Origin: Wallemia ichthyophaga EXF-994
Lineage: Eukaryota > Fungi > Basidiomycota
Length of the DNA: 124,000 nt
NCBI RefSeq assembly: GCF_000400465.1
Contig: NW_008806284.1
Location: 144,001 to 268,000 of the forward strand
Reading direction: 5' to 3'
Shown here: positions 76,151 through 89,124 of the stretch, piece by piece
Layout of the letters: each line of letters opens with the position of its first letter
Numbering within the stretch: the first letter of the stretch is position 1
Position numbers and translations under genes: made by a program
Notes under the pieces: model-generated
The model's input: the letters and a program-made list of their open reading frames with translations, nothing else
Database searches by the model: none
What the model was told of the DNA's origin: nothing

Positions 76151-77380
76151 TCAAATACTTGTAGATGACGTATGTGATGAGGCTTTGGTAGAAATATGTT
76201 TTACGAATGAGATAAATAGCTGAAAATCGAAGCCTTCGAGCCATCTAAAGTGTAGAGTGTTTGAATTGGGTTCGTGGCTCTCAATGGAAATGGATAGCTT
76301 CGTTGGATTAAAGTGAGGTGTGAGGGGGTTAGTAGCAGCTCTTCTAGAAGATCTTGACCATGAGTTGATCCCCATAATGATTACAAACACACTACCCTCA
76401 CTACGATGACTGATGTACACGCTTGATAGCTGATTGATTAAGGAGATCATCGCATCAAGGTTGATTGGGTGGTTGAGGTTGTGAGTGTGATGAGTGGAAG
76501 GTGGATTCAATTTGAATAGTGATTTGTTGTTCGATCTTGCTAGTGAGTTGTCCAATCTGTACGGCAAGAATGACCATGCTAGCAGCCACCTCAGTGTGTT
76601 ACCCCGATTAATAACGTTCAAAGCATAATTCGATATGTTGTGCTTATTCAAATATTTGATTAGGATTGATAGATTTGATTTTATGCCGATAAGTGTGGAG
76701 TACCAGACAACCTTGTGCTTAAGTTTGATCGACTGGTTTATGAGTTTTAAAATGAATCCAAGCTCACCGCCTTCTGTGTACAGCTCATTGGTAGATCCCA
76801 GATTCAGTCCACTCGGATGATTCGACTTGATATTCTGTCTACTAACCTGACCTGCATCGTAGAAAGGTGGATTCATTATCAAGAAATCAAATTGAGCGTG
76901 ATTGTCTGTTATTTCCGAGGGAATTAGATTGTTATCATCTCTATCTACACCAACCAGCTTAATCTTATCGTCCAAGTTGTTACGATCAATGTTGGAAGCA
77001 GCCAACTCTAGTGAGGAGTGATCGATATCGGTTGCATAAACCAAGCAATTGTCAAACAATCTAGCAGCTAGTATTGGATATATGGGGAGGTAACCAGTAC
77101 CGATATCGATCAAGTTGAACGTATCACCGGGGCTTACATGACTCCGCCATATACTCTTTATCCAATTCAGGTAGTCTAGTCTGTTGGGTATTGTAGGCAT
77201 GAGCTTGTTTTGCACTAGGCTAACTTGTAAATTAAAGTAAACCTTTAGTATAGCCAGTGTTAAGTGTTTTACAGACAATTCATCCTTGAAATTAATCTTG
77301 TTTTGTTTATTGACAAATGGCTTCAACTTGCTGTACCTTGCAGCCAGCCAATTAAAATCAATCTCATCCAAATTTACCAT
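76151..77380 (-). CDS. RlmF/METTL16-family RNA m6A methyltransferase
   Basis: P.IPNRLDYLNWI, DIGTG...IYPIL, ATDID, MNPPFY, EGGE.GF, WYSTLIG, RWLLAWSF. Confidence 0.88.
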   Translation of the reverse strand: MVNLDEIDFNWLAARYSKLKPFVNKQNKINFKDELSVKHLTLAILKVYFNLQVSLVQNKLMPTIPNRLDYLNWIKSIWRSHVSPGDTFNLIDIGTGYLPIYPILAARLFDNCLVYATDIDHSSLELAASNIDRNNLDDKIKLVGVDRDDNNLIPSEITDNHAQFDFLIMNPPFYDAGQVSRQNIKSNHPSGLNLGSTNELYTEGGELGFILKLINQSIKLKHKVVWYSTLIGIKSNLSILIKYLNKHNISNYALNVINRGNTLRWLLAWSFLPYRLDNSLARSNNKSLFKLNPPSTHHTHNLNHPINLDAMISLINQLSSVYISHRSEGSVFVIIMGINSWSRSSRRAATNPLTPHFNPTKLSISIESHEPNSNTLHFRWLEGFDFQLFISFVKHISTKASSHTSSTSI

Positions 77381-77411
77381 TGTTTTATGTAAAGAAATTC
77401 AATAATCATAT

Positions 77412-78515
77412 TTAATGCTTAACAAGACAAAGGACATCCTCATCTTCTAATATATGGTCTAATCCGACCTTTTGACCTCTTGGATGTTTAGATGACTTGC
77501 CCCAAACAACGGCGTACTTGAGTTGCTTTGCGATTTCCTTGTGAATTGCATGTGCAAAGTGCTCAACAGTACATCTACCCTTTCTCAAAACAACTGGTGC
77601 CGTATAGTCTGGTGCTCTACCTTTGGGTCTTGTGTAAACTCTAACGAGCTGCAATCTCTGCCACATAATATCAATCAATTCATCAACGTTTAACCATTGT
77701 GACGATGAGATTGGAACAGAGTTTGGAATTTGATAGAGAAGATCCAATTCTTCAATTGAAATTGCATCAATCTTGTTTAAACAGTAGATGCAAGGGATGT
77801 ATACTCGGTTACCTTCAACAACATCAATCAGCTGGTCAACAGAGATATCCTCCCTAATCATAACATCGGCATTAGGTATTTTGTACTCTGACAAAACAGC
77901 CTTGATCTCTTCAGGTTCAATCTTTGTGAGTGGTACAGTGTTTGTGATAGCTATACCACCTTTTTCCTTCTTCTTTACTGAAATGTTTGGTGGTGATTGA
78001 TTTAGTCTAATACCGAAACCTTCCAATTCCCTTTCAATGACGCCCTTATCGTTTAATGGCTTCAATACGTCAAGTACAATGAAGATCAAGTTGCAAGTTC
78101 TTGAAACCGCAATGACTTGTCTACCTCTACCCTTACCATCTTTGGCACCTTCAATGATACCCGGCAAATCCAAAACTTGAATAGGTGCACCAAAAACATT
78201 CATTGTACCGGGAACAGTTGTAAGAGTAGTGAACTCGTAAGCAGCTGTCTCAGAGTGTGTGCCAGTTAATTTGGACATTAAAGTTGATTTACCAACTGAA
78301 GGGAAACCAATGAAACCGACTGAAGCTAAACCAGTCTTTGCAACATCGAAACCAACTCCAGGGCCACCACCACCAGAGGAAGAAGGAGTGAGAAGTTCCT
78401 TCTTGTATTTACTGAGCTTAGCTTTTAGCTGACCCAAATGGTAATTTGTGTTTTTATTCTTTTGAGTTCTAGCCATCTCATCCTCGATATCCTTAATCCT
78501 TTGTACCGTACTCAT
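77412..78515 (-). CDS. RBG1: DRG-family ribosome-interacting GTPase
   Basis: [30 protein letters not shown] domain. Confidence 0.97.
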   Translation of the reverse strand: MSTVQRIKDIEDEMARTQKNKNTNYHLGQLKAKLSKYKKELLTPSSSGGGGPGVGFDVAKTGLASVGFIGFPSVGKSTLMSKLTGTHSETAAYEFTTLTTVPGTMNVFGAPIQVLDLPGIIEGAKDGKGRGRQVIAVSRTCNLIFIVLDVLKPLNDKGVIERELEGFGIRLNQSPPNISVKKKEKGGIAITNTVPLTKIEPEEIKAVLSEYKIPNADVMIREDISVDQLIDVVEGNRVYIPCIYCLNKIDAISIEELDLLYQIPNSVPISSSQWLNVDELIDIMWQRLQLVRVYTRPKGRAPDYTAPVVLRKGRCTVEHFAHAIHKEIAKQLKYAVVWGKSSKHPRGQKVGLDHILEDEDVLCLVKH

Positions 78516-78704
78516 TTTAAACTAATTTATTATGGTGGATGCTCACTCACAAGATTTGAATGAATACCTACGTCAGTTTCTAACTTTAAATAAATATAAA
78601 TTAACATTTAAAACAAAAACTACATTTTTAAATAAATTACTATAATATCCGCTGATCTCTGCTTCGAGCTATAAAATTTTCAATTTTCCTTCAAGACTAT
78701 GCTT

Positions 78705-80572
78705 TTATCCTGCTTGATTTGGTTGATTTGGTTGACCTGCTTGAACCGTTTCAGCCATTTGATTCGATTGTGCTGGTTGAACTACTGGGGCATGAAGAGG
78801 CGTCATTGACATAAAGCTGTGAATTGATTTTCCATTTGAATTGTTGCCCGGCGACTGTGGTGGACTTGCCCCAGCGCTGTTTGTCGCAGAGTTTGTCTGA
78901 CTATTAGGCAATGACCTTATCGCACTCTGCATAGGCGTTGATGAACTACCACTGATACTACTGCTTGGACTTGGATGGACGGGTTGAGGTGGCGACCTTA
79001 GTATCTCCTCTATCTTGTTTCTATTATCTAATGGCAGCGCTGGAGGTGGATTCGCATAACCCATCTCCTCCGTACCACCCATGGTCGAGCTCGATGTCGT
79101 TGACTGCGCTAACGGTGGTAGTCTAAAGTTGGTAAAGTGTACTGGAGAGCTTGCTCTGCTGACGTTTGGTGAATTGTGTGCTGATGTCGATGGTGTTCCT
79201 CCTCTGGAATTTAGATTGAAATAACTTGGCGTTGGATACACTCCCGTGCTTGTTTGATTTGGAAATAGGTTGAGCGATCTTAGTGGGCCCAGTACAGGTG
79301 AACTTGAAGGTGTAAACTCTATGCCGCCAGGAACAACAGGATAAGCACCTAAATTCTGCTGTATAGAACTCTGTTGCTTTGTAGGATTAAAAGTAGTTGT
79401 TTTTGCATCCTCTGTATCACTAAAGTCACTCTCTGCAGAACTAACAGGGCTAACTGTCTGTGACTGCTCTGCGGAGGAGGTATTGAAGGAAGCATAAGGA
79501 TGATAATTATGTCTATGGGTTCTAAGATGTGGAGGTTCAGTGAGAGTGTGCTCTCGTGCACTTAGAGTGCTAAGTTGATCACCTGAATAACTTTTATGGA
79601 AAGGCATAGAGGAGGTTGAAGGGGTAGTAAAAGAAGGTTGAAGTTGTGGCTGCATTTGATAAATGTTACCTTTGTTACCCTTCATCCGCTTAGATTGCTG
79701 TTCCATCTGTCTACAATCATCATGATCGCAGTTTATGTCATCGTTGAGACTAATCGCCGCCTGATTAAAGTCAGGATGATGACAACGAATTGGTTCTTGA
79801 GGTTGTTGATGTTGTTGCTTTAGGTTATAAGGCATATTATAGCGTTGTGCAGGAGGATTGAGGAAATTGAATTGATTGTTGTAAGGATTGAAAGAGGTGT
79901 TTGGAGAGCTTGAAGTGGAATTTGGCTGTGAGGAGATACCATCCTTGAGTTGCCTATGACGATATTCGTATTCAGCTCTTCTTACAGCTTCTTCTCTCTC
80001 TAATTCGTATAATTGATCAGCAGCTGCGGCGGCAAGAGCAGACATTTCATTAGCCGGCTGATAAGGAGTTGGAGGAAAAGAAGAAGTAGAAGAGTAAGCG
80101 TATGGGTTGAATTGGAGGGTAGGATTTGGGGGGATTGAGAGTGGATTAGCTTGTGCAGGGTTTTGAGTGCTGGGAGCTGATTGGCTGGGAGTAGCAGCGG
80201 AGTTAGCAGTAGCATTAACACTACCGCTACCGCTGCCACCGCCATTGCCATTCAAAGCCCTTTTACCTCTACCTTTAGGATTTGAATGAGTGCGCAGGTG
80301 CCTCGTAAGTTCATCTGATCTACTGAATCTTTTATGGCAGCCAGGGTGAGAGCATTGATGAGGCTTTTCACCTGTATGAGTTCTAATATGCCTAGTCTGT
80401 ATAAATCCAGTTAACGGCTTATCTAGTGAATGATATACGGCCAACCAACCTGATGCTCCAAACGATAAAAAGCTCTATCACATAAAGGACACTTGTAAGG
80501 CCTTGGAATTTTGGATTTATCGACGTTAAGCGCTTCCTCGATTTGCTTTAATTTATATTTTTCATTTGACAT
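78705..80572 (-). CDS. creA: C2H2 zinc-finger carbon catabolite repressor CreA/Mig1-like (intron between finger 1 and finger 2)
   Basis: Exon 1 read manually: [20 protein letters not shown]. Exon 2: [14 protein letters not shown]...[13 protein letters not shown]; [11 protein letters not shown]. Confidence 0.88.
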
Positions 80573-80602
80573 GTTATGGTTGAGGTACAACAACAAGATA
80601 AT

Positions 80603-81194
80603 TTAATCAACGGCCGTTCTCTTCTTAGGGTTGACTGCGTTGGCTGTGTTGGCTGCAAAGCTCACATCCCCGTTATCTCCAGCAGGTACGGCCGCTTTCA
80701 AATGTCCCCAGCCGCCTCGGCCGCTATCATACTCCTGTCGGTATTCATCTCGGACTTGACCACCGGATCGACCACGTCCAAATTGACGACCATCTCTATA
80801 ACCTTGTGCATCTAAATCACACCTAATCATTCTCTCATCGAGTTTTGTACCGTTTATATACCTTAAAGCTTCAACTGCCTCTTGATGCGTATAATATTCA
80901 ACAAACGCAAATCCACAGGGCGTTTTAGTATTCCTATCTAATCCCATTATTATTCTCTTTATACCCTGTCCACTAGCCACTCTGCCGAACAACTCATATA
81001 TCTGTTCCTCTGTCGTGTAGAATGATAGATTCCCGCACTAAAATACATTATAAATATTAATATACTCATTTTCACACACTCACATACAGCGTCGTTGACC
81101 TATCAAGCATATCCCTCTGCTTCTCCGGGTCAATACTCGAACGCGTATCTTTATACGTTGAAGGTCCATCTAGGGGCTGTATAATTGAACTCAT
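80603..81194 (-). CDS. CBC2: Nuclear cap-binding protein subunit 2 (CBP20), multi-exon
   Basis: [55 protein letters not shown]. Confidence 0.96.
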
Positions 81195-81391
81195 ACTGTT
81201 TATTTGGTTATTCTAATTATCCAATTGATCGACGTTGGTTGTGTGTGTTTAAGTGGTGTATTATGATTTTTCTGTTTTACTTGACAATTAATAGCCAGCA
81301 GCTATAAATTACTTGTCACTAGTATTTTTATATTTTGCTTGAAATTTAAAGATCTGTTGATCAAGAACTGCCATCCACACGATAACAAACC

Positions 81392-82077
81392 ATGTCTAGT
81401 CCGTCAACAGTACAATACCTGCTTCACCTAACATTTCCTCAGAATTAACCTATAGGCTATCAAATATCCCACACACAGCCACTATCAACGATGTAAAGAG
81501 AGTTATTGCTAGATCAACTAATATCAATCAAATCTCAGCGGATAATCATTTTATAAGTGGGTTTGCTACTATCCACAATACTACTCACTCACCCATCACC
81601 ACAGCTTCTTTCAGAAGTTCAAAATTCCCAAACTATCCAAACACAGCGACAATCAAATTCCTAAATCCAAAGCCAGCCGAGAATTTGAGGAATTCTTTAA
81701 AGACTATAAACACTCTCACTCTATCAACCTCTCAGATCAAGTGCCTACCTTTAGATAAGCCTAGCCAAGAAGACGTTTCTTTGACTCACTTTGAACCAGC
81801 AACCCACCCAGGCCAAATCGTTGTCTTGTCTGGTTTGCCTGCTAAAATCAACTCATTTGATATCCAATCCTATCTCAAACCTTATTATCTCGATAACTCC
81901 CCTAACTCCTCGGATCCCATCACCAACATACGCATTCCCTCCGATAAGTTCAGCAGCACCTCCAAATGGCTCGTCAGGCTCAACTCTGTATCTGAAGCTC
82001 ATCGCTTGGTGCGCAACCTCAATCAATCCAGCTGGGTCGATTCACATTATACGATTAATGCAAGAATAATTTATTGA
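81392..82077 (+). CDS. Hypothetical protein with degenerate RRM-like domains, multi-exon
   Basis: Spliced MSKLTYRLSNIPHTATINDVKRVI; second domain VVLSGLP....SFDI..KWLVRL.SVSEAHRLVR. Confidence 0.6.
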
Positions 82078-82109
82078 TCCGTTATCCACATATATAGACA
82101 TACACTTTG

Positions 82110-84581
82110 CTAATTCTTGTACTTTTTCTGCCTCTTTTCCTCTCTCTTCTCCTGGCGTGATCGATTGTCTAATTCTGGTTTATCATTCTTGTCCGCCTTA
82201 TCCACAATCTCCTCCTTTTCCTCATTGTCCTCTCTAGACTTACGCTTCTTCGCTACTGCTGGTCCTCTTCTATCCTCGTGCTGTTCACCACTCAATGGTC
82301 TATCAACAACTACACCATTAATCACTCGTGCTGCCTTCTTGACATTATTCACCTTGGTCAGCCCTGCATTTTTAACTTCCTCAGCCGTTTTCTCCCTCCA
82401 CTCCTCTATCCTTCTCCTAAACAGTGACAATCCAACCTTCCTAATCAGATACTTACCATACGCCGAGCCTGCTAAAAAGTCTTCGTGTTCGAGCAGTGAG
82501 TTGGCTATCTTCTCTCTAAAATATCCATCTGAAGTCTCGTATATCTTCTCTGCCACCCTGCTACCGACTCTCATATCCGCTAGCAGGTGATACGAACCGA
82601 GTAACTTTAGTCTCAATTTGTGTTTATATTTGAATGTAACAGCCTCTGAATCCATAATTCCATCAATTATACGCGAAGCTGGTGATGAACCACATATCTC
82701 TAGTATCCTTTCCATACTCAGATTTAAGAGGCTGTTCAGTATGGCTTCGTTGTGCGGTGTACCGAGATTGTACAGTGACAGAATTAGCTGTGCGCCTGCA
82801 CTTGTGAATCTGTCCGATTTCCCCTCCTTGTTTGACTGTTCCTTCTCTTCATCAGAGCTGCCTTCTTCGTCTTGATCGTTTTTCTCAAACATATCCTTGT
82901 GGAAGCGGCGGTATGACTGTTTAAAGTGAGCATGTCAGTACGGGCGCTTTTTTCAAACCACACCCACCTTCCATCTCTTCATCTCAAGCATGCACGGTAT
83001 GACATGCTGTGCTTGTGCTGTGCTCCGCGTGCTCAATCCGAAGCAATGCATGATGGCCTGTCAAGTGAGTTATGAATCGTGAGTCATGAGATCATGTGCG
83101 CTACTAAGCCAAAAATCCACTCACAGCCATGACATCCGCCTTAAATACATCCCGAAATACACCCACATCGCAATTCGCCATCAATGGCCCACTTCTATTA
83201 GTCTTGATTAATTTGCTTCCATTCTCGCGCAGTGCTGTTATAGCTCCCGCGAATTCTTTTTCAATGAATGTCCCGCTGAGACCGTTATCATTTCCCATCC
83301 TCTTGAGTGCCTTTGCATATACAAAATTACCGACGGGGTGCTTCATGCATCGCACTCCCCCCTTTCCAGTAAAGTAGAGTTGCCAAATAACCTCAAAAAC
83401 GGCAGAGCTTGAACATTCCATGGCAGTCTCGGTTGTGTGACTTGCAGTAGTGTCGAGTAGCGTAGTGGTTACGTGACTGCTAGCCTTAATTTGACTGATA
83501 TCTTCTGAATTCACCTGTCCTATCAAACCATCCATCCATGAATCCAAAAAGCTATCTGCGTTGTCGTTCTCTTTGTTTTTCTTCTCGTAGTGCAACAGCA
83601 GTTGAAGAATTGGTGCTCCATAATCACTCACCCCAAATGCCCTTATCTCAGCTGGAGAGGAGAAAGAGTCGAATAAAGCTTTGCGAAGCTTGTTAGAAAG
83701 CTCTTTAAAGTGTTTTGGTGGACGGTAGTACTCCTCCGGCTGCTGTTCATTCACGGCATCAAAGTTATCATGTCTGGATAGCCAATATTGTGACTTTTTC
83801 GAACGCTTCATCACGCTGTCGCTTACATCGCCAGATAACAAATGAAGTAAGTATCTGACGGGGTAGGTTGCGTGTGGATTGAGGATATGATCGCCGATCT
83901 TAGGTACTATCTCGTCCACCATCTCCACTATGAGCTTCGTTATAGTGCGTAATTCTCCCGCAGGTTCCTCGCTTTCATTGCTGGGAGGCTTTGCAATGTT
84001 TCCAGAGCTCTCTCTCATGATAGTACCTTTGGAGGACTCGAAGAAAGTCTCCAACACGTGACTGCCGAATCTGTTGCTGATGATGGTATTGATTTCGCCC
84101 ATCAAGGCATCCGCAAAGACCCTCTTCTCGAAATCACCCATGCGCTTGATCATGTGCTCCACCATAAGCGCGCATTCAGGATCAGTTGATAAGCAGAGTT
84201 CGTTTGAAGCCATTTCAGTGAGAGTAGCCTCCATCATCATTGCGTACTCGTCGTCGTCGGCCGTACTGCCATTGGTGAGTCTCTGGTCCATGTCTCTGAG
84301 ATAGCTCTTGAGATCTGGGTTCAAATCACCATAAGGAGTACTAGCTTGCTGGGAATCCAATAGCCAGTTGGGAGCTGCTTGATCTTCTTGCTGTGGGGCT
84401 GCCACGGGTTCCTGCACCGCCTGCTGCTCCTCTGTAGCCTTCTTGGAGATCTTCTTGCCTTAAAAACCCATCAGCTGGATCAACAAGCCACGGCGAATAC
84501 AAAACTCACCTCTCTTCCTTATCTGATCTTTAGGCCTGTGAATCTATTAGCTGCGTGTATACTCGCCCATCTCTCTCACAT
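82110..84581 (-). CDS. NOP9: Nucleolar protein 9 (PUF-like); start codon split by an intron
   Basis: PYGDLNPDLKSY, NRFGSHVLET, HPVGNF, SPASRIID, GSRVAE, GSAYGK; spliced N-terminus MPKDQIRKRGKK. Confidence 0.9.
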
Positions 84582-84634
84582 TAATGTTGGGCGTCGTTTC
84601 TCAACCAACAACGACGACGGTCTAATAAATTTAA

Positions 84635-85121
84635 ATGGCTGGATTGAAATCGATAATAGCACTATCACTCGTACTCGCACTGGGATTTCTACTGGTGATC
84701 CTGAGCTGTGCACTTTGGGGAAATTGGCTGCACTTGCTATCTGGTGGGTTTGTATGGGTGTGGGAGTTGTAGCAGCTTCTTACAAGCCACAGCTTTCCTA
84801 TTCGCGTTTGCGCCGTTCCCAAACTCAATCGCTACTCGAAACACGGAATCCACGATTACCTCCGGTGATGATTCAAATACGTAAGCGTATGACTGTGTTA
84901 TGATATTTAATAACAATCCACTCTCTAGTGCTATTCAAGACTTTTCCAGATTCTTTACCTCCATTATCCTCGTCACCGGCGCTGCAATACCTATCGTACT
85001 TGCCCACGCTGGCATACTCGCAATGACGTCGTCAATCATGTCTGTCACCGGTGGTACACTTATTTACACCACCATCGTTGCCTTTGGTAGCTCATTCCAC
85101 TCTGGTTCTGACGAGTTCTGA
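84635..85121 (+). CDS. VPS55: Vacuolar protein sorting 55 (endospanin), multi-exon
   Basis: MAGLKSIIALSLVLALGFLLVILSCALWGNW; FFTSIILVTGAAIPIVLAHAG; GGTLIY. Confidence 0.9.
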
Positions 85122-85155
85122 GACATATATATCCCAATGTATCATATAATGCTTT

Positions 85156-86775
85156 TTACTCTTCAATTTGATAGGTACAGTAATCTTGAATGATACTCTC
85201 CAATTTTGAGCTCTTCTTTCCCTTAATCACTACGTTTAAATCGAATTGCTTATCTATCTCATCGTCCACCAGTACCTTTGTCTTGATCGGCCTTCTCGCT
85301 GTCTGTGGTACTGGCTTGGGCGTGTTTGGTGCACTTTGTTTCATTCTTTCTGTCGGTGCTGCTACCTTGTAGCTCACCTCATCGATGGACGCCAACCGTT
85401 GCAATAGTTGGTCTGCCTCCTGCTCATCTCTTCTCGCCTTGGCCAGTCGCAGCCGTTGCTCCAGTTCTGCTTTCTCAAGTACTGCGCTCTTCTTCGTAGT
85501 ACCGCCCATAACATCAGATTTCTTCTGGAGCTTGAAATTGATGTCATCCTGTAAACATTGTCAGCTAATATCCTTATTTCAACAAAACCTTTCTCACATC
85601 TGTCCAAAATCGCTTCCTAGTATCTTCAATCTGCCTTCTAACCTTATCGAGTGATTTCCGTGTTGGTAATTTCGCCCTCTCGTCTTTGGCGTGTGCAATG
85701 AATCTATCAAATTCCCTATCTGTACACCGCGAGTTAGATACTTTAGACATAGGGCATATCTTGCTTGTTTTGCCCTGCCTGAGGACAAGTTGCTGATTTG
85801 TCATCGTATTTCCTTCAATTGCGTAGGGTTTGACGAGGCTGTCACCAAGGCCTGTGAAAATTAGCATTCCTATACCCGTCAAAAGCACTCCACCCACCAA
85901 TAACCTCACAAAGTCGATAGTCTGGCTTTCCATCGGATTCTCCGAGCAGATATCTAACGAAAGTGCCTTTGATAAAGTCTTCGAAGAATGGCGCATAGCA
86001 GAATTCGACGAGGTTAGTACGATTGATCATCACCCTAAGCACATCAGCTTTCTCGAGTGGTTTGTCGTCTTCCATATCGTGCTTGCTAACCTCACCTTCT
86101 TCCGAATCGTCGGAAGAGTGTACTGAGCGCGCGCGACCGCCGTAATCCTCATCGTCGTCATCCTCCTGTGTCGTGTGAGCATTGCTAGTTTACAAAGATA
86201 CCACCGCGTACATTCCTCGATCTCTTCTTGGTCTTTGCTTCACGCTTACTCTTGAGCTCCTCAAGCTTGCTCTTTTTCTCGGTTGTAGCGCCTGTCTGGG
86301 TGTGGCTACGCTTCGCAGCTGAAGCCACGTTATCTTCACCACCCGCCTGGGCAGCAGAAAAGAGTCTGTTGATATTCAGCGAATCCTTGTACTTTTGCAT
86401 CTCCTCCTGTCGAGAAGCGAGGATATCCTCACGCTCGAGTTCATCGAGATCGAGAAGCCTGAATATGTAAGCGTGGTGGCCGTAACACTGCGATCCACCC
86501 ACTTTGCTCTATCCGCTGAGTTCTTATACTTGCCTTCTAGAGGATATGGATTCTCGCTGTCTGCGGGTTGATCGACTTCCATGAGCGTATCCTTGCCGGC
86601 GTTGTCCTCTTCGCCGCTATCGCTGAGCCTGGGTGCTTGTCAGCGTAACAACACTTGCAAACAGCCTCCTCGCGCACCCTTCCTCCTCCTGCTTCGATAG
86701 CTGCTCATCAGCGCCATCGTCATCCCCTACGAGACCCAACAAATCAGCGTCGAGATCGTTATCCACATCGGTCAT
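85156..86775 (-). CDS. RTF1: Paf1 complex subunit Rtf1 (Plus3 domain), multi-exon
   Basis: NPYPLEGKYK..ADR, ELEREDILASRQEE, P.FEDFIKGTFVR, VSNSRCTDREFDR. Confidence 0.92.
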
Positions 86776-86863
86776 ATTTTTTATCTCAAGATGGTTCGGG
86801 TTAATGACGCGACGTCGTACCCATCCCCATCTCGTTGATATAAACGTCGAGATAGAAAAATTG

Positions 86864-88088
86864 ATGAAAACTGTTTCAACGGCTCCACTGGCTGGCTACA
86901 ACCTCGCTTATTCCCCTTTTCATAAATCTAGATTGGCTGTAGCATGCGCAGCCAATTACGGTGAGTGATAAGACGCACGCAATCGCCGGCAATTATAGCT
87001 TTATAGGCCTCGTTGGAAATGGCAGGCTTAGAGAGTATAGCTACGATCTACACGGCGATCTTTCTCCCCACTCATCGTGAGCCGTTTCTCTGGTATCGGA
87101 TACTTTTAATTGCCGAGACAGTTTCGACACTCAAGACGGTCTATTCGATTTGGCGTGGTCTGAACTCCATGAGAACCAGATCGTGACTGCAACTGGCGAT
87201 GGCAGCGTGCGGCTATTCGATACGCAGATTCCTGTGGGTGGTTCTATGTCCACTCAGCCGCACACACTCATCCACCGCGCAGAAATTCCCAATTAGGGCG
87301 TGGCATGAGCATTCTAGGGAGGTTTTCGGCGTCGACTGGTCACCAACAGACAAGACGCAGTTTGCGACGTACGTCATTGAGCTGATATCATCCATATCAC
87401 TCACAGCTAACGTCATTCCAGTGCTTCTTGGGACGGCACTGTTAAAATAGTGAGGAGACTCCACTCGCTCTCTCTTAGTTCACCACTCACTGCCACCAGT
87501 GGACACCCGATAACACCCACTCACTGCTCACACTTCCTGCGCACGATGGATGCGTCTACTCTGCCATATACAGCCCCCATCAGCCATACTGTCTAGCCAC
87601 CTGCGGATCAGACGGCAAGCTTCATGTATGGGATCTGAGAACACCTCAACGCCCAGCGACGTCACTGGCTGCCTCACCAACAGAGCTGCTATCGCTCGAT
87701 TGGAACAAGTATATCCAAGGCACGCTAGCCACTGGCAGCGTCGACAAGAGTATCAAAGTGTGGGATATACGGCAAGCGAAATGTCTCAATAACCTCCATG
87801 GACACGATTTCGCTATTAGGAGGGTGCAATTCTCGCCCCATGTACCCAATCTCATTGCCAGCGCATCTTATGACATGAGCGCAAGAGTGTAATTACCTGC
87901 CTCGCCGTTTGATCCACTCAATTAACGTGTTTTAGGTGGGACACTAGCGTTAACGCGTGCATTCATATCCATGATGCTCACACCGAGTTCGTCACAGGGG
88001 TCGCCTGGTCTCTATTTGATCCCTTGGTGCTGACTACTTGTGGATGGGACTACAAGGTGCACCTGCTCAGCCTCAAGGACCTGAATAG
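86864..88088 (+). CDS. PEX7: PTS2 receptor Pex7 (WD40), multi-exon
   Basis: GYNLAYSPF...RLAVACAANYGLVGNGRL, DGLFDLAWSE.HENQ, GDGSVRLFD, HSREVFGVDW, SASYDMS, HTEFV.G. Confidence 0.94.
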
Positions 88089-88182
88089 GCCGAACAACAT
88101 GAGGAACATCAGCAACAAGAGGTGATATACCAACTATACTATACAACTACTGTACAAATCATTTAAACGACCCAATTTGTAA

Positions 88183-88782
88183 CTACATGTGATGCCTCGA
88201 TGATATAATTCCCATCGTAGGCTTAGCGTCCTGTCCGACGACTTGAGCATTTCCGTCAAAGACAGGTTTCGCTGGGTAAAGAAGCAACGATCTGCTGCTC
88301 AGCGGCCTCGTCGCGTAGGCCAAGATGCCCTTTGCTATGTGATCCGTCGAACGCTTTGCCTGTGTGAGTGTGAGTGTTAGTGTGATTGTGAGTGTGAGGA
88401 TAACAATCCAATGACGTACGCTGTACCAATACATTAGCGGTATATCGGCATTATACGCCATCAACCATCTTTTCGCCTCTACAGGATTCATCTGATGCTG
88501 GAGATGCAAATCGCCTGTGCGCATGTCAGCGACGCGTACATACACCCCAACACACCACGCACTCTTCGACAAGACGACGTACACGAGATTCCTGGCAATC
88601 AAGTATTGCGGTATATTCTTCATTTGCGTCGTAAAGTCTTCCATATGCTCCAAGCAGCTCACAACTATCACGAATAACTTGTGGTGTGGATGCTCGAAGT
88701 AGTGCTGATTAGAAATTGGGTCGCTGAGTTGGCTGCATCTTGTGAGCTCTGATTTCACATCTGTCTCCCTCATCACCCTCAC
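88183..88782 (-). CDS. Hypothetical protein (probably 2 introns)
   Basis: Long ORF with apparent in-frame introns; no family recognised. Confidence 0.5.
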   Translation of the reverse strand: MRVMRETDVKSELTRCSQLSDPISNQHYFEHPHHKLFVIVVSCLEHMEDFTTQMKNIPQYLIARNLVYVVLSKSAWCVGVYVRVADMRTGDLHLQHQMNPVEAKRWLMAYNADIPLMYWYSVRHWIVILTLTITLTLTLTQAKRSTDHIAKGILAYATRPLSSRSLLLYPAKPVFDGNAQVVGQDAKPTMGIISSRHHM

Positions 88783-89124
88783 ATTCTCAGCCTCTGCTTA
88801 TCCCCCGCTAAATCTGCCACCCTCTTAGCAAGCTCTATCTTCCCAGAGAGTGATGATCCCGTTATCTGGATTACGCGTTAGATTTGATGGGCTGTGTTAA
88901 TATTTAATCACCATCAATTTGCAGTTCGGTAGCTGCTCCGCTTTTGTCACGTCCGCCATATCGTTGAGAGTAATTAACGCGTTAGCTTGCCTATAAGTTG
89001 CATACAAAAATTATACACGCTTGAACATCTATCTATTGCTCCCATAATACATTTATTAAATCCCTTCAATGTCTATATGCGCTGCGTAGACTTAACTCGA
89101 AACTATTAATAAACATTCCTAGTC

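Noticed and set aside
88183-88782. Possible Sen15 tRNA-splicing endonuclease subunit
   Set aside because: I could not match diagnostic motifs; left as hypothetical.
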